Notes: generated by a model from the sequence alone, not told the origin. DNA of 64,000 nucleotides from Rickettsiales bacterium (GCA_964231325.1 CAXRIF010000003.1:560630-624629); one strand, 5' to 3'; positions 1 through 10,198 are shown, counted from the first letter of the stretch. Numbers and translations are program-made.

Positions 1-1137
1 GTTTTCTAAAAATTCTTCGGCATTGGAAGATTGCTCGAGAATCTCCAGAAGTTCACGTATCCAGCGGAATTGTTTGCCATCCTTGGAAACACCTACTTCT
101 TTCTGTTTATAGGCCCAGTGTGCGGCCAGACCATATTCAGCAATTTCGTGCATTTCATGGGTGCGGATTTGCATTTCCACACGCTGTTGGCCAGGGCCTA
201 ATACCGCTGTATGTAGTGATTGGTATCCGTTTGATTTTGGCGTTGAAATATAATCTTTAAACTGGCCGGGAATGGTATGCCACTCTTCGTGGACCACTCC
301 GAGCGCCTGATAACATTCTTGTATGTCATTAACGACAATACGAAAAGCAATGATGTCTGATAGCTGTTCGAAGGTGATGTTCTTGGTTTCCATCTTCTTC
401 CAGATAGAAAATGGTTTTTTCTCACGTCCGTAAATTTCTGCATCACCCAGACCTGACTCAGTCAATTTTTCGCGCACGATGCTTACGGTTTTTTCCAAAT
501 CCGCAGCCCCTTGTGCACGTAAAAATTCCATGCGTCGCACAATAGATTCACGTGCTTCCGGATAAAGCTCGGCAAAGGCGAGGTCTTGTAGTTCGTCTTT
601 AAGGTGGCGCATGCCAATACGCTCTGCCAGTGCGGCATAGATGTCTACCGTCTCGCGGGCAATGCGCTGACGCTTTTGTACATTTTTGATGTATTTGAGT
701 GTTTCCATATTGTGTAGCCGGTCACATAGTTTGACGAGCAACACACGTAAATCTTCCGACATGGCAATGAGTAGTTTTCGGAAGTTTTCTGCTTGTTTGG
801 AATTTTCTGTTTTTCCTTCGAGTTTGGTGAGCTTGGTAACGCCATCTACCAGGCTACGAATCTCTTTACCGAATTTTTCTTCGATATCTTCGAGTGTGGT
901 GTCCGTATCCTCCACCGTATCGTGAAGTAGCGCGGTAACGATAGAGGCTGTATCGAGCCTGAAATCAGTGAGTCGGTATGCAACCTCAACTGGGTGTGAA
1001 AAATAGGGCTCGCCAGAGGCACGTTTTTGTGTGCCATGTGCGTGCATCGCAAAAACATAGGCGCTGTTAATTAATTCTTCGTCGGCATCGGGATCGTAAG
1101 ATTTAACTTTTTCGACCAGTTCTGACTGGCGTATCAT
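1..1137 (-). CDS. spoT: RelA/SpoT-family bifunctional (p)ppGpp synthetase/hydrolase, N-terminal 379 codons (rest lies beyond the left edge)
   Basis: Manual translation of the minus strand from ATG at 1137: MIRQSELVEKVKSYDPDADEELINSAYVFAMHAHGTQKRASGEPYFSHPVEVA..LLHDTVEDT (HD domain), later YISTPKSNGYQSLHT and EMQIRTHEMH (synthetase region). The frame is open to position 1. It is absent from the ORF track because there is no stop in the window. Confidence 0.9.
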   Translation of the reverse strand, partial: MIRQSELVEKVKSYDPDADEELINSAYVFAMHAHGTQKRASGEPYFSHPVEVAYRLTDFRLDTASIVTALLHDTVEDTDTTLEDIEEKFGKEIRSLVDGVTKLTKLEGKTENSKQAENFRKLLIAMSEDLRVLLVKLCDRLHNMETLKYIKNVQKRQRIARETVDIYAALAERIGMRHLKDELQDLAFAELYPEARESIVRRMEFLRAQGAADLEKTVSIVREKLTESGLGDAEIYGREKKPFSIWKKMETKNITFEQLSDIIAFRIVVNDIQECYQALGVVHEEWHTIPGQFKDYISTPKSNGYQSLHTAVLGPGQQRVEMQIRTHEMHEIAEYGLAAHWAYKQKEVGVSKDGKQFRWIRELLEILEQSSNAEEFLEN

Positions 1138-1412
1138 AAGGTGTTTCCATATTTTTAGTGACGCATTACGGCTACATAATAGCATATTTCTTTACAAACT
1201 ACTAAGCTGTACACAGAAGCAGCATACAAATGTAGCTTGTTTAGAAGGCGATGAGAGGGAGTAGGGGTGGATTTAGTTAAAATGCGTTTACAATTTCGCT
1301 TAATAACTAACTGAAATGTGAGGCTTTTTTGCCACAATGCTTAACGCTTTTTTAAGTGGTGAAAGGCTATGATTTCAGCTAGATACGAGTAGAAAACACA
1401 TAGAAAAACGTT

Positions 1413-2216
1413 ATGGATTCATCACGCAGATTGGTCATTTTATTGGTGGCCGGTGTCATTGTTGCCTTTGCCGCGATTTACATTCGCAGCAAGCTTTCGG
1501 ATTCGGTGCCACCCCCTCCTGAATTGCAAGCTATAGCGGCGCAAGGAGAGCTTTCGCTTGGCACGCTTGTGCAGTCAGGTGATTTGGCCTGGGTTCCTGT
1601 AGAGAACGGGACCGATACAGAAGGAATGTTGCTTAATAATGCGGTCGCACTGGAAGATTTTACAGGTGCGGTGGTGCGTAAGCAGCTAAAGCCAGGTGAA
1701 TTAGTGAAAGCGGAAGACTTAATGAAGGCCGGAGAAGGCGGGTTTATGTCCGCTGTGCTTGAGCCGGGTATGCGCGCGGTTTCAGTGGCAGTGAATGCTA
1801 CTTCTGGTAATGCCGGGTTTATTTCACCGGGTGATCGGGTGGATCTTATTATTACGCACCGTATTCAGATTCAAAATGGCGGCGAACGCGGTGGTCAGGA
1901 ATCTGTGGTGAGCGAAACATTTGTGCGCAATGTGCGAGTGCTTGCGGTGGATCAGATGCTCGATAATCCAGAAAATAAAGCGATTCTTGCTAAAACGGTT
2001 ACCGTTGAGGTGAATGATGCGCAGGCAGAACAAATTGCCGTAGCCACAGAGATGGGCAAGATTTCCATGGCGTTGCGCAGTCTCGCTGGTGCGCCTAAGG
2101 AGGGGTCTAAGGGGGCCACAGAAAAAGATATTAGTCCTATTATGGGGACGGGGGCTATGCCTCGTGTGCGCGTGATACGTGGCGATGAAATCGAGAATAT
2201 GGAGTTTTCCCAGTGA
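1413..2216 (+). CDS. cpaB: Flp pilus assembly protein CpaB/RcpC
   Basis: 267 aa with an N-terminal membrane anchor (LVILLVAGVIVAFAAIY). First gene of a co-directional cpaB-C-D-E-F-tadB-tadC run with overlapping or abutting stop/start codons. Confidence 0.8.
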   Translation: MDSSRRLVILLVAGVIVAFAAIYIRSKLSDSVPPPPELQAIAAQGELSLGTLVQSGDLAWVPVENGTDTEGMLLNNAVALEDFTGAVVRKQLKPGELVKAEDLMKAGEGGFMSAVLEPGMRAVSVAVNATSGNAGFISPGDRVDLIITHRIQIQNGGERGGQESVVSETFVRNVRVLAVDQMLDNPENKAILAKTVTVEVNDAQAEQIAVATEMGKISMALRSLAGAPKEGSKGATEKDISPIMGTGAMPRVRVIRGDEIENMEFSQ

Positions 2217-3598
2217 TAAATACCAATCGCCTGTTCATGTTTGTTATGTTTTGTATCGCCGGCGCTTCCATGGCAATAGCCGCAGAAGATCTTGTGCGGG
2301 TGGAGATCAATAAAGGGCGGATGGTAAAGCTGGATCGTCCGGCAAACTCTGTCGTAGTTGCTGACCCTGAAACGGCTGACGTACAAGTTGTATCACCCAA
2401 ATTGCTTTTTATTCATGGTCGCAAAATCGGGGAGACTTCAATTTATGCGATTGATGCAAATGATGACACAATTTTAAATGCAACGGTTGATGTAACGCAC
2501 AATATTAGTAGCCTGAACCGTACGGTGCGCCGTGTGGCTCCTGATGCAGATGTGCGCTTTAAAACGGTTGATGGTGGCTTGGTTTTGGATGGCCACACAT
2601 CATCTGTTGTGGAATCAGATCATATTAATAATCTCGCTAAGGCTTATGTGGGTGAAGACGATAAAGTGGTCAACATGATGACTGCTGCTGGTTCTGATCA
2701 GGTAATGCTGAAAGTGAGAATCGTTGAAGTAACGCGCAGCGATGTAAAGCGCTTTGGGATCAACCTAACGGCGCTTGCTAGTCCGGGCGGCTTAGGTCTG
2801 CAGCTCTTACAAGGGCAGGGCATCACTCTTGATGGCGACGGGGTGTTGACGCGTGCGGGTACCTCAAATGTATCAAGCACAACCAACACAGCACTTTATG
2901 CTAACTGGACACCTGGCAATGCTAATATTAGCGGCGTGATTGATGCGTTGGAAGTGCAGGGGTTGGTGAATATATTAGCGGAGCCGAGCCTATCTACTAC
3001 TTCTGGTAAAACGGCTAACTTCCTCGCTGGTGGCGAGTTTCCGATTCCTGTGCAGGATGGTTTAGGTAATATTACGGTGACCTATAAGCCGTTTGGTGTG
3101 CGCTTGGACTTTACGCCGGTGGTTATGTCTAAAGACCGTATGAGTATTACGGTGGCGCCTGAAGTGAGTAGCATCAACTTCGATAACCCGATTGAAGTAA
3201 ACGGCATTAAAAACCCAATTATCCAAACACGTAAAGCACAAGCAACTGTTGAGCTTGGTAGCGGCGATACATTTGCGCTTGCTGGGTTGCTGAGAAGTGA
3301 TGATGCGAACAGCATTGATAAATTTCCAGGGCTGGGTGATTTACCGGTGTTGGGTTCGTTGTTCCGCTCGCATAATTTCCGTAATGATAAAACAGAGCTG
3401 GTTATTCTGGTGACGCCTTACTTGGTGCGTCCTGTGACCGAGCCTAAGAAAATGCTGACACCGTGGGATGGTTATGTGCCGCCAACTGATTTCCAGCGCT
3501 TGTTATTGGGTAACCTATATCAGCAAGAGCCTATGGATGGTTGGCCTGAAGATGCGCCTGGCCTGACAGGTGAAGGCGGATTTATTCTGGACGAATAG
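2213..3598 (+). CDS. cpaC: Flp pilus secretin CpaC/RcpA
   Basis: 461 aa with a signal peptide (FMFVMFCIAGASMAIA). Secretin C-domain motifs FPGLGDLPVLGSLFRS and ELVILVTPYLV. The GTG start overlaps the cpaB stop. Confidence 0.9.
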   Translation: MINTNRLFMFVMFCIAGASMAIAAEDLVRVEINKGRMVKLDRPANSVVVADPETADVQVVSPKLLFIHGRKIGETSIYAIDANDDTILNATVDVTHNISSLNRTVRRVAPDADVRFKTVDGGLVLDGHTSSVVESDHINNLAKAYVGEDDKVVNMMTAAGSDQVMLKVRIVEVTRSDVKRFGINLTALASPGGLGLQLLQGQGITLDGDGVLTRAGTSNVSSTTNTALYANWTPGNANISGVIDALEVQGLVNILAEPSLSTTSGKTANFLAGGEFPIPVQDGLGNITVTYKPFGVRLDFTPVVMSKDRMSITVAPEVSSINFDNPIEVNGIKNPIIQTRKAQATVELGSGDTFALAGLLRSDDANSIDKFPGLGDLPVLGSLFRSHNFRNDKTELVILVTPYLVRPVTEPKKMLTPWDGYVPPTDFQRLLLGNLYQQEPMDGWPEDAPGLTGEGGFILDE

Positions 3599-3607
3599 GG
3601 TATGTGC

Positions 3608-4279
3608 ATGAAAAAAATAACAACAACTATTTTACTCCCACTATTGCTTGGCGCGTGTACGTCGGAGTGGGATATGCATGGGGTGGATCCAAAAGACTAC
3701 TACCGTGAGAACCCTATCGAAAATAAAGTCGAAACAAAGACACAAACACATATGGCGCAGTTCATGAAAGGGCATAGCCACTTGAGTAACCGCGATGTGT
3801 ATGCGCTGAATGCTGCACTGCGCAGCATTTCGCCAATGGCTGTTGAATCAGTGCAGGTGCAGATGCACCGTTCGCAAATTCGTAACGTATCGCGTAAGAA
3901 CAGCATCACTAAATTAATTTTCAGAGCCGGGTATGATAAACATTTGATTATGTTTGAGCCGTCGGATGTGTTAGGGCGCGATGAAGTGCGTCTTGATGTG
4001 TCTTATGCTTCTGTGATAACGCCGCGTTGTCCTGATTGGCGCACTTCGCCGGTGACGACCTATAGTAATACAAGTCAAGCTGGTCATGGTTGCGCGACTA
4101 CCAATAACCTTGGCATGATGGTGGCTGATCCGCGTGATCTTGAGCGTGGTTCTGGTCATATGAATCCAGATGCGGCGCGTAATTCTAATGTGCTGGAAAG
4201 CTATCGTACTAATGAGGGTGCGGGTGAAGAAGCGGCTGTATCGGCTGAAGTGAACACATCCACAGCTGGACAGCAGTAA
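3608..4279 (+). CDS. cpaD: pilus assembly lipoprotein CpaD
   Basis: Lipobox LLLGAC after MKKITTTILLP, and an RCPDWR motif as in the CpaD family. Sits between cpaC and cpaE. Start taken at ATG 3608; the track ORF begins at 3602. Confidence 0.7.
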   Translation: MKKITTTILLPLLLGACTSEWDMHGVDPKDYYRENPIENKVETKTQTHMAQFMKGHSHLSNRDVYALNAALRSISPMAVESVQVQMHRSQIRNVSRKNSITKLIFRAGYDKHLIMFEPSDVLGRDEVRLDVSYASVITPRCPDWRTSPVTTYSNTSQAGHGCATTNNLGMMVADPRDLERGSGHMNPDAARNSNVLESYRTNEGAGEEAAVSAEVNTSTAGQQ

Positions 4280-4303
4280 CATATAACAACCTTAGTAAAA
4301 TTT

Positions 4304-5542
4304 ATGAGTAAGCAACCATTCTTAGCTTTTGCCACTGATACCGCAGATATTGAGGTATTAAAAAAATTCGCAGGTACACATGGCTGGGATGAGTCTTGCA
4401 TTATGCAGGGTGATGTCAGCGCAGCAACGCAGCATTTGAAAGATACACCCTCTCCCAAGCTATTGCTGGTAGAAATTCCCGCTTCAAAGGATGAGGCTTC
4501 ATCGCTATTAGATGGGCTGGCTGCGGTATGTGATCCGGATACCAAGGTAATCGCTATTGGTAGCGTGAACGAGTATAGTTTCTATTGCTGGTTAATGGAT
4601 CTGGGGCTTTCGAGCTATTTGTTGCGTCCGCTTACAGAGCCTATGTTGGAGGGGGCGTTTGAGAAGTCTGTTGAAAGCAAAGATGACTCTAGCGAAACAA
4701 AGAAAAAACCAGCAAAAACCATCGCGGTAATGGGAACACGCGGCGGAGTAGGGGCTACAACTATTAGCACTAACTTAGCCGCTATTATTGCTGACTTGAC
4801 TAAAAAAGAAGTGGCGCTGGTGGATATTGACCCGCAGGAAGGCAGTATTGCATTGATGCTTGATCTTGAGCCTGGGCGCGGATTTCGCGATGCGCTGGAA
4901 AAGCCTGATCGTATTGATTCCCTGTTCATGGAACGTGTAATGACTAAACCACATAAACGCTTATCAGTGTTAGCGGCAGAAGAAGCGTTTCAGGAAAAGG
5001 TGGTGATTGCAGATGATGCGGCAACATTGCTAATCAAAGAGCTGAAGGCAAAATATGACGTGTTGGTGTTAGACATTCCGCGCCATTTGCGCACCTTTAG
5101 CCGCCAATGTTTGGAGCAAGCAGATCATGTGGTCTTGGTAACGGAATTGTCGCTGGTGGGGCTGCGTGACACGTTGCGGCTGCAGGACATGATGCGCGAA
5201 GGGTTAAAAATGCGTCCACCTGTCGTGGTGGCAAACCGTGTGAAGCTTTCCAAGCACGATATGAAAGAAGCAGACTTTGCTAAGGGCATAGGTGGGAAGG
5301 TAGAATTTACCATTCCGTTCTCGCCTGATATTTTTATTCCGCCTAGTGAGGAAATTCCTGCCCTTAAGTTTCGCAGTATGCCTTCACTAAAAGGTCTATA
5401 CAAACTTGCGGAGCATTTAGAGCCAGAGGCAAAAAGCTTGCTTAAAGCGGTGAAAGAGAAAAAAGGATTTAGCCTGTTTGGTGGGGGAAAGAAAAAAGAA
5501 GCCCCAGCAAAAGAAGAGAAGAAGAAGGAGGGGGGCGCATAG
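4304..5542 (+). CDS. cpaE: pilus assembly ParA/MinD-like ATPase CpaE/TadZ
   Basis: 412 aa with a receiver-like N-domain, then a deviant Walker A (IAVMGTRGGVGATTISTNLA). Lys/Glu-rich C-terminal tail. Sits upstream of cpaF. Confidence 0.85.
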   Translation: MSKQPFLAFATDTADIEVLKKFAGTHGWDESCIMQGDVSAATQHLKDTPSPKLLLVEIPASKDEASSLLDGLAAVCDPDTKVIAIGSVNEYSFYCWLMDLGLSSYLLRPLTEPMLEGAFEKSVESKDDSSETKKKPAKTIAVMGTRGGVGATTISTNLAAIIADLTKKEVALVDIDPQEGSIALMLDLEPGRGFRDALEKPDRIDSLFMERVMTKPHKRLSVLAAEEAFQEKVVIADDAATLLIKELKAKYDVLVLDIPRHLRTFSRQCLEQADHVVLVTELSLVGLRDTLRLQDMMREGLKMRPPVVVANRVKLSKHDMKEADFAKGIGGKVEFTIPFSPDIFIPPSEEIPALKFRSMPSLKGLYKLAEHLEPEAKSLLKAVKEKKGFSLFGGGKKKEAPAKEEKKKEGGA

Positions 5543-7099
5543 ATGTTTGGTAAGCGTGGTGTGAATGATACGACCCCGCCTGCGAAGCCTGATGCTGCGC
5601 CGGAGAAGCCAAAAGAGCAACCTGCTAGCCCGACTGCTGTACCAGCTGAAACAAGCACTCCTTCTGCGGAACCTGCGACTCCTAAGCCAGAAATTGCTAA
5701 ACCAGAATCCGTTACGCCGCCCGCACCGGAAAAACCTGCACAGGCAAAAGAAAAAGAACATAAGAGTGGTATGGAGCTGCTTGATTCACCCGATGAATCA
5801 TCGCTAGCAGAATCAGTTGCGGCTACCAAAGACGAGCTCTCTGACGCGAAAGAAAAAATTTACGACCTGCTCATGGAGCAGATTGACATTACGACATCGT
5901 CTCGGCTTCCTCGCGATGAATTAAAGCGCCAGATCATTGAATTGATTGGTGAAATTGTGATGGAGCAGAAGCTTGCACTTTCACAATCAGAACAGCAACG
6001 TCTGGCAAACCAGATTGTTGATGATATGCTTGGCTTTGGTCCCCTAGAGCCGCTTCTGGAAGATGAATTTGTCACGGATATTATGGTGAACGGGCCGTAT
6101 CAGGTGTATGTGGAGCGTAAAGGTAAGCTGCAGCTGAGTGATGTAAAATTCCGCGATAATGCCCACGTAATGGCGATTGCTACACGTATCGTAACGGGTG
6201 TTGGTCGTCGTGTGGATGAATCACAACCAATTTGCGATGCGCGCCTGCCAGATGGTTCACGTGTGAACGTGATTGCGCAGCCATGTTCTATTAAAGGTAC
6301 TTCCATTTCCATTCGTAAATTCTCTCAGAAGAAAATTACGTTGGATGTGATGGTTGGTAACAAAAACATTTCTGAAGCATTATGTAAGGTGCTTAAAATT
6401 TGTGGTGCAATTCGCCTGAACATCATTATTTCTGGTGGTACGGGTTCGGGTAAAACCACCCTGTTAAACGCAATTTCACGCATGATTTCGCATGGTGAGC
6501 GTATTGTGACGATTGAGGATGCGGCCGAGCTTCAGTTGCAGCAGCCGCATGTGGTGCCACTTGAGACACGCCATGCAAACCTCGAAGGCGAGGGCGAGAT
6601 TAGTATGCGTGACTTGGTGAAGAACGCGCTGCGTATGCGTCCTGACCGCATTATCCTCGGTGAGGTGCGTGGTGGTGAAGCGTTTGATTTGCTGCAGGCA
6701 ATGAATACAGGCCATGATGGCTCTATGGGAACACTTCACGCCAATACGCCGCGTGAGGCGCTCACACGTATGGAAAACATGATTGGTATGGCAGGCGTGA
6801 ACTTGCCGAGTAAAGCGGTGCGCACACAGATTGCCGGTGCGGTAAACTTAATTGTACAGATTAGCCGTATGCGCGATGGTATGCGCCGTATTACCCATGT
6901 GACGGAAGTGGTGGGCATGGAAGGCGATGTAATTATTACGCAAGATCTCTTCAACTTTGAATTCAAGGGAGAAGATGAAGATGGTAAGCTATATGGTGAA
7001 TTCCGTTCTAGTGGAATACGTCCTAATTGTACGCCGCAAGCTGCCTATTTTGGGCTGGATCAGGCGTTGATTGAGGCTATGACAGCCGGGCAGGAATAA
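5543..7099 (+). CDS. cpaF: Tad/Cpa secretion ATPase CpaF/TadA (VirB11-like) with a long Pro/Ala/Lys/Glu-rich N-terminal extension
   Basis: 518 aa. Walker [49 protein letters not shown] (Walker B / His box). ATG directly follows the cpaE TAG. Confidence 0.95.
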   Translation: MFGKRGVNDTTPPAKPDAAPEKPKEQPASPTAVPAETSTPSAEPATPKPEIAKPESVTPPAPEKPAQAKEKEHKSGMELLDSPDESSLAESVAATKDELSDAKEKIYDLLMEQIDITTSSRLPRDELKRQIIELIGEIVMEQKLALSQSEQQRLANQIVDDMLGFGPLEPLLEDEFVTDIMVNGPYQVYVERKGKLQLSDVKFRDNAHVMAIATRIVTGVGRRVDESQPICDARLPDGSRVNVIAQPCSIKGTSISIRKFSQKKITLDVMVGNKNISEALCKVLKICGAIRLNIIISGGTGSGKTTLLNAISRMISHGERIVTIEDAAELQLQQPHVVPLETRHANLEGEGEISMRDLVKNALRMRPDRIILGEVRGGEAFDLLQAMNTGHDGSMGTLHANTPREALTRMENMIGMAGVNLPSKAVRTQIAGAVNLIVQISRMRDGMRRITHVTEVVGMEGDVIITQDLFNFEFKGEDEDGKLYGEFRSSGIRPNCTPQAAYFGLDQALIEAMTAGQE

Positions 7100-7100
7100 C

Positions 7101-8069
7101 ATGCTTACTGCCCTTGATCTGTTGGTCGTTGTTATTTTAGGGGTAGTGTTTTTCGTTTACTGGATGAAATTTGGTCCGGGGGCGCAGCGCAAAAAACTGC
7201 TCTCTCGTGTTGACCAAATTCAGCGACGCCACCTTTCTGTATCCCCTACCAGTGCGTTGTCTCTCAGGCGCCAGACAGAAAAAACAAGCGGTATTGTAAA
7301 CCTGATTATGAAGCCGCTTCCTGACTTTAAACGTTTGGGGGATAGGTTGGAGCGTGCGGAAAAAAAGATGTCGGCCAAGCAGTTTGTGTTTCGGCGCATC
7401 ATGTATTTCGTGGGGATCACCTTTTTATGTGCTGCAGGCGGACTACATATTATGTTGGCCATTGCGATCGGTCTTATATTAGGTGTGTGGTTTCCTTTTA
7501 AATTATTAAAGCGCGCTATTGCGAAGCAAAACAAAGCGTTTCTGAGGCTGTTCCCTGATGCACTTGATTTAATTGTACGTGGTTTGCGTTCTGGCCTACC
7601 GGTTTCTGAATCATTAGTGTTAGTGTCGCAAGAAATACCAGCCCCTGTAGGGACTATGTTCTCCAGCATATCCAGCACTATGAAGCTGGGGGTGCCGATG
7701 GAAAAGGCACTACTTGAAATTGCAAAAAAACTGGAGCTTACGGAGTTTAATTTCTTCACTACCAGCATCGTATTGCAACGAGAAACCGGTGGTAATTTGG
7801 CTGAGATATTAAACAACCTTTCTGAGGTGCTGCGTAATCGTTACATTATGCGTATGAAGATTAAGGCGATGTCTTCGGAGGCGCGTGCATCCGCTTACAT
7901 TATTGGTGCGCTACCCTTTGTTGTTTTCTTGGCGGTAATGGTTATTACCCCCGATTATATGACGCCATTATGGGAAGATTATCGGGGTAATATATGCGTT
8001 GCCATCGCTGTAGGTATGATGACGTTTGGAGGCTGGATCATGAATCGCATGACTCAGTTCGAAATATGA
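7101..8069 (+). CDS. tadB: Flp pilus inner-membrane platform protein TadB
   Basis: 322 aa polytopic membrane protein with a T2SS-F-like domain. Sits immediately after cpaF. Confidence 0.85.
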   Translation: MLTALDLLVVVILGVVFFVYWMKFGPGAQRKKLLSRVDQIQRRHLSVSPTSALSLRRQTEKTSGIVNLIMKPLPDFKRLGDRLERAEKKMSAKQFVFRRIMYFVGITFLCAAGGLHIMLAIAIGLILGVWFPFKLLKRAIAKQNKAFLRLFPDALDLIVRGLRSGLPVSESLVLVSQEIPAPVGTMFSSISSTMKLGVPMEKALLEIAKKLELTEFNFFTTSIVLQRETGGNLAEILNNLSEVLRNRYIMRMKIKAMSSEARASAYIIGALPFVVFLAVMVITPDYMTPLWEDYRGNICVAIAVGMMTFGGWIMNRMTQFEI

Positions 8070-9133
8070 AAACGTACCTTCGTAATCTATGCTTACGTGT
8101 ATGGTCGCTTGCGGGAGTGTTGTGTGTAGCACCCGCGTATGCCCAATACCCGGGGCAGCCTCTAAGCCTAAAGCAAATGCTGCCTAGAGGTGTGGAAGTA
8201 AATGAGTTCTATGTTGGGTTTGCAGGAGCCGCACTCTTAGTTACTGCTTATGCTATCTATAGCATGTTCAGGCAGCGTGATGTTATGAAATCACGTATTC
8301 AGGCGATTCAGGAGCGTAGGAAAGAATTACGCGGTGAGTTTGTAAGCAATAAACGTCGCCGTAAAAAGCCAGAGGCTAGCGTGAATTTCATGCGCCGTGT
8401 GGTAGAGAAATTTCAACTTGTTAAAAAGCTACAAGCAGACAAGGCTGAAACTATCCTGATCGAAGGTGGCTTACGTTCTAAAGATGCTATTTTTATCTTC
8501 ACTTTTTTCATTGTCGCGCTACCCATCGTTTTTGGCATCATTGGCACCATTATATGGAAAATTGACTTTGGCTATAGCGATAAAGTGGCGCTCATGGATT
8601 TGTTATGGCCAATTGTCGGGATTTACATGGGGCTTAAATTACCATGGATTTATGTGAGCCGTGTGCGCAAGAAACGTTATTTGCAAATTCAGCGTTCGTT
8701 ATCTGATGTACTTGACTTGATGACTATTTGTGCAGAGGCAGGGCTTAGTCTTTCTGCCACGCTTGACCGTGTGGCAAAAGAGCTTGAGCTTTCTTATCCG
8801 GAGATGGCAGAAGAGCTCAGCCTCACTTCCGTTGAAACGGGGTTCTTGCCTGATCGCAAACAGGCACTCACAAATCTTGCCCAGCGCTGTCAGTTGCCTG
8901 AAGTGCGCGGCGTGGTTAGCGTGCTTATTCAAACAGAAAAATATGGTACCCCAATCGCACAGGCGTTGCGTGTGCTCTCTGCCGAGTTTCGTCAGGCGCG
9001 TATGCTACGTGCCGAGCAAAAGGCTGCGCGTTTGCCAGCGCTTATGACCGTGCCGATGATTACTTGTATTTTGCCGACACTATTTATTGTGATTATTGCG
9101 CCAGCAGCAGTGAAATTGATGGGTACAGACTAA
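8066..9133 (+). CDS. tadC: Flp pilus inner-membrane platform protein TadC
   Basis: The track ORF starts at 7994, but ATG 8066 (MKTYLRNLCL..) overlaps the tadB stop as ATGA. T2SS-F-like membrane protein. Confidence 0.85.
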   Translation: MKTYLRNLCLRVWSLAGVLCVAPAYAQYPGQPLSLKQMLPRGVEVNEFYVGFAGAALLVTAYAIYSMFRQRDVMKSRIQAIQERRKELRGEFVSNKRRRKKPEASVNFMRRVVEKFQLVKKLQADKAETILIEGGLRSKDAIFIFTFFIVALPIVFGIIGTIIWKIDFGYSDKVALMDLLWPIVGIYMGLKLPWIYVSRVRKKRYLQIQRSLSDVLDLMTICAEAGLSLSATLDRVAKELELSYPEMAEELSLTSVETGFLPDRKQALTNLAQRCQLPEVRGVVSVLIQTEKYGTPIAQALRVLSAEFRQARMLRAEQKAARLPALMTVPMITCILPTLFIVIIAPAAVKLMGTD

Positions 9134-10131
9134 CGACGGTGGCTTGTTCCTGGATAATCAGCCTTTGCATTGTTGCCCCAGAATGATTGTTCTTCTTCAG
9201 TTTTTTCAGTCTCAGGCTCTGTTTGTAATTCGGTGATTGCTGTAGGTGGGGTTGGTGGTGTTCCCGCTGCTGGAATCAGCTCAACGGGTTCTACACCTTT
9301 ATCGTCAAAGTCTTCCAAAGAAGGGTGCATATGTGAGGAGAGGGCTTCCACCTTTTGCTTTTTGAGCATTTTGGCGTAACGCTCATAAAACTTTTGGTTT
9401 TGTGCCGCTTGTTCTGGCCCCATATTCATAAGGTTGACTTCACGCGCGCGTTTCTTATCCCCTTTCACGCCATATGCTAGCGCTAGGTTATGGCGCACTG
9501 TTGGGGGGGTGCCTTTCTTCTTAGATAGCGGCTCCAGCAAGCTGATGGCGGTGTCTGGCTGATTGTTTAAGATCATAGAAAGCGCCAGGTTATTCTGAAT
9601 GGTATGAGAGCCTGGCTCGATGGCCAGTGCTTTCTGATATAGCTCCTGTGCTGCAGTGTGGTTACCGGCGTTATCATAAGCAACCGCTTTTCCATTATAT
9701 CCAGCAAGACTTTCATGGTTGATAGCGGTGAGCAGGTCGAATGTTTTAACTGCTCCCTGATAATCCTTATTTGCGATGAGGGCATAGCCCAAATGTGCTA
9801 ATACGGTTTCATTGTCGGGCTGGCGTTTTTCTGCCTCACGCATAACGGCGATGGCATCTTTTGCCTGCCCTGCTTTGCGATAAATGCTGGCTAGTGCAAT
9901 ATGCGCATCAACATTTCCATCTTGTTTAGCCGCAAGGTTGCGATAAATGGTCACTGCGCCAGCAACATTGCCGGATTTGTGCATGTTCTCTGCCATAAGC
10001 ATAGAGGTATCCATATCCTGAGCAGGATTGGTTGGCTCTACTTCATCAAGTGATTGGGCCGCGGGTTCACAGGCGCTTAGCGCTGCAAATAAAATAGCCC
10101 ATCTCAGGGCACGTAAAGGAGTGCTTCGCAT
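9130..10131 (-). CDS. tadD: TPR-repeat lipoprotein, TadD-like
   Basis: Start chosen at ATG 10131 (MRSTPLRALRWAILFAALSAC, lipobox) with GAGGAA 6 nt upstream. The track's GTG at 10161 lies inside a terminator hairpin. Multiple TPR units (AIYRKAGQAKDAI.., YQKALAIEP..) and a Pro/Thr/Glu-rich C-tail. Confidence 0.7.
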   Translation of the reverse strand: MRSTPLRALRWAILFAALSACEPAAQSLDEVEPTNPAQDMDTSMLMAENMHKSGNVAGAVTIYRNLAAKQDGNVDAHIALASIYRKAGQAKDAIAVMREAEKRQPDNETVLAHLGYALIANKDYQGAVKTFDLLTAINHESLAGYNGKAVAYDNAGNHTAAQELYQKALAIEPGSHTIQNNLALSMILNNQPDTAISLLEPLSKKKGTPPTVRHNLALAYGVKGDKKRAREVNLMNMGPEQAAQNQKFYERYAKMLKKQKVEALSSHMHPSLEDFDDKGVEPVELIPAAGTPPTPPTAITELQTEPETEKTEEEQSFWGNNAKADYPGTSHRR

Positions 10132-10143
10132 AGGTTTCCTCTG

Positions 10144-10182
10144 GTAAAAAAGCCGTGTCACTCACCCGAAGGTGAGTGACAC
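10144..10182 (-). terminator. intrinsic terminator/attenuator hairpin between the tadG-like and tadD-like genes
   Basis: Perfect 12-bp stem: GTGTCACTCACC (10155-10166) pairs with GGTGAGTGACAC (10171-10182) around a 4-nt loop. On the minus strand it is followed by GGCTTTTTT. Confidence 0.6.
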
Positions 10183-10198
10183 GCAGGCGGGGGAAAGT

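Noticed and set aside
1155-1337. 60-aa minus-strand ORF in the spoT-cpaB gap; also searched here and in 12848-13059 for an Flp pilin gene
   Set aside because: The ORF is basic, has no RBS and has no hydrophobic Flp-like core. No small ORF with a G/XXXXEY-type Flp motif was found on either strand.
5125-5829. 234-aa minus-strand ORF, plus 5417-5761 (-) and 5565-5807 (+), across the cpaE/cpaF junction
   Set aside because: They are antisense or alternate frames of the Pro/Ala/Lys/Glu low-complexity coding region. The composition (Ser/Gly/Ala/Phe runs) is typical of shadow ORFs. cpaE and cpaF have clear motifs in their own frames.
7220-7816. 198-aa minus-strand ORF inside tadB
   Set aside because: It is fully antisense to a well-supported membrane-protein gene. 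It has no RBS and a shadow-frame composition.
7994-8065. Upstream extension of tadC proposed by the ORF track (start at 7994)
   Set aside because: It would overlap tadB by 76 nt. ATG 8066 gives the usual ATGA coupling and a sensible N-terminus with a signal-like segment.
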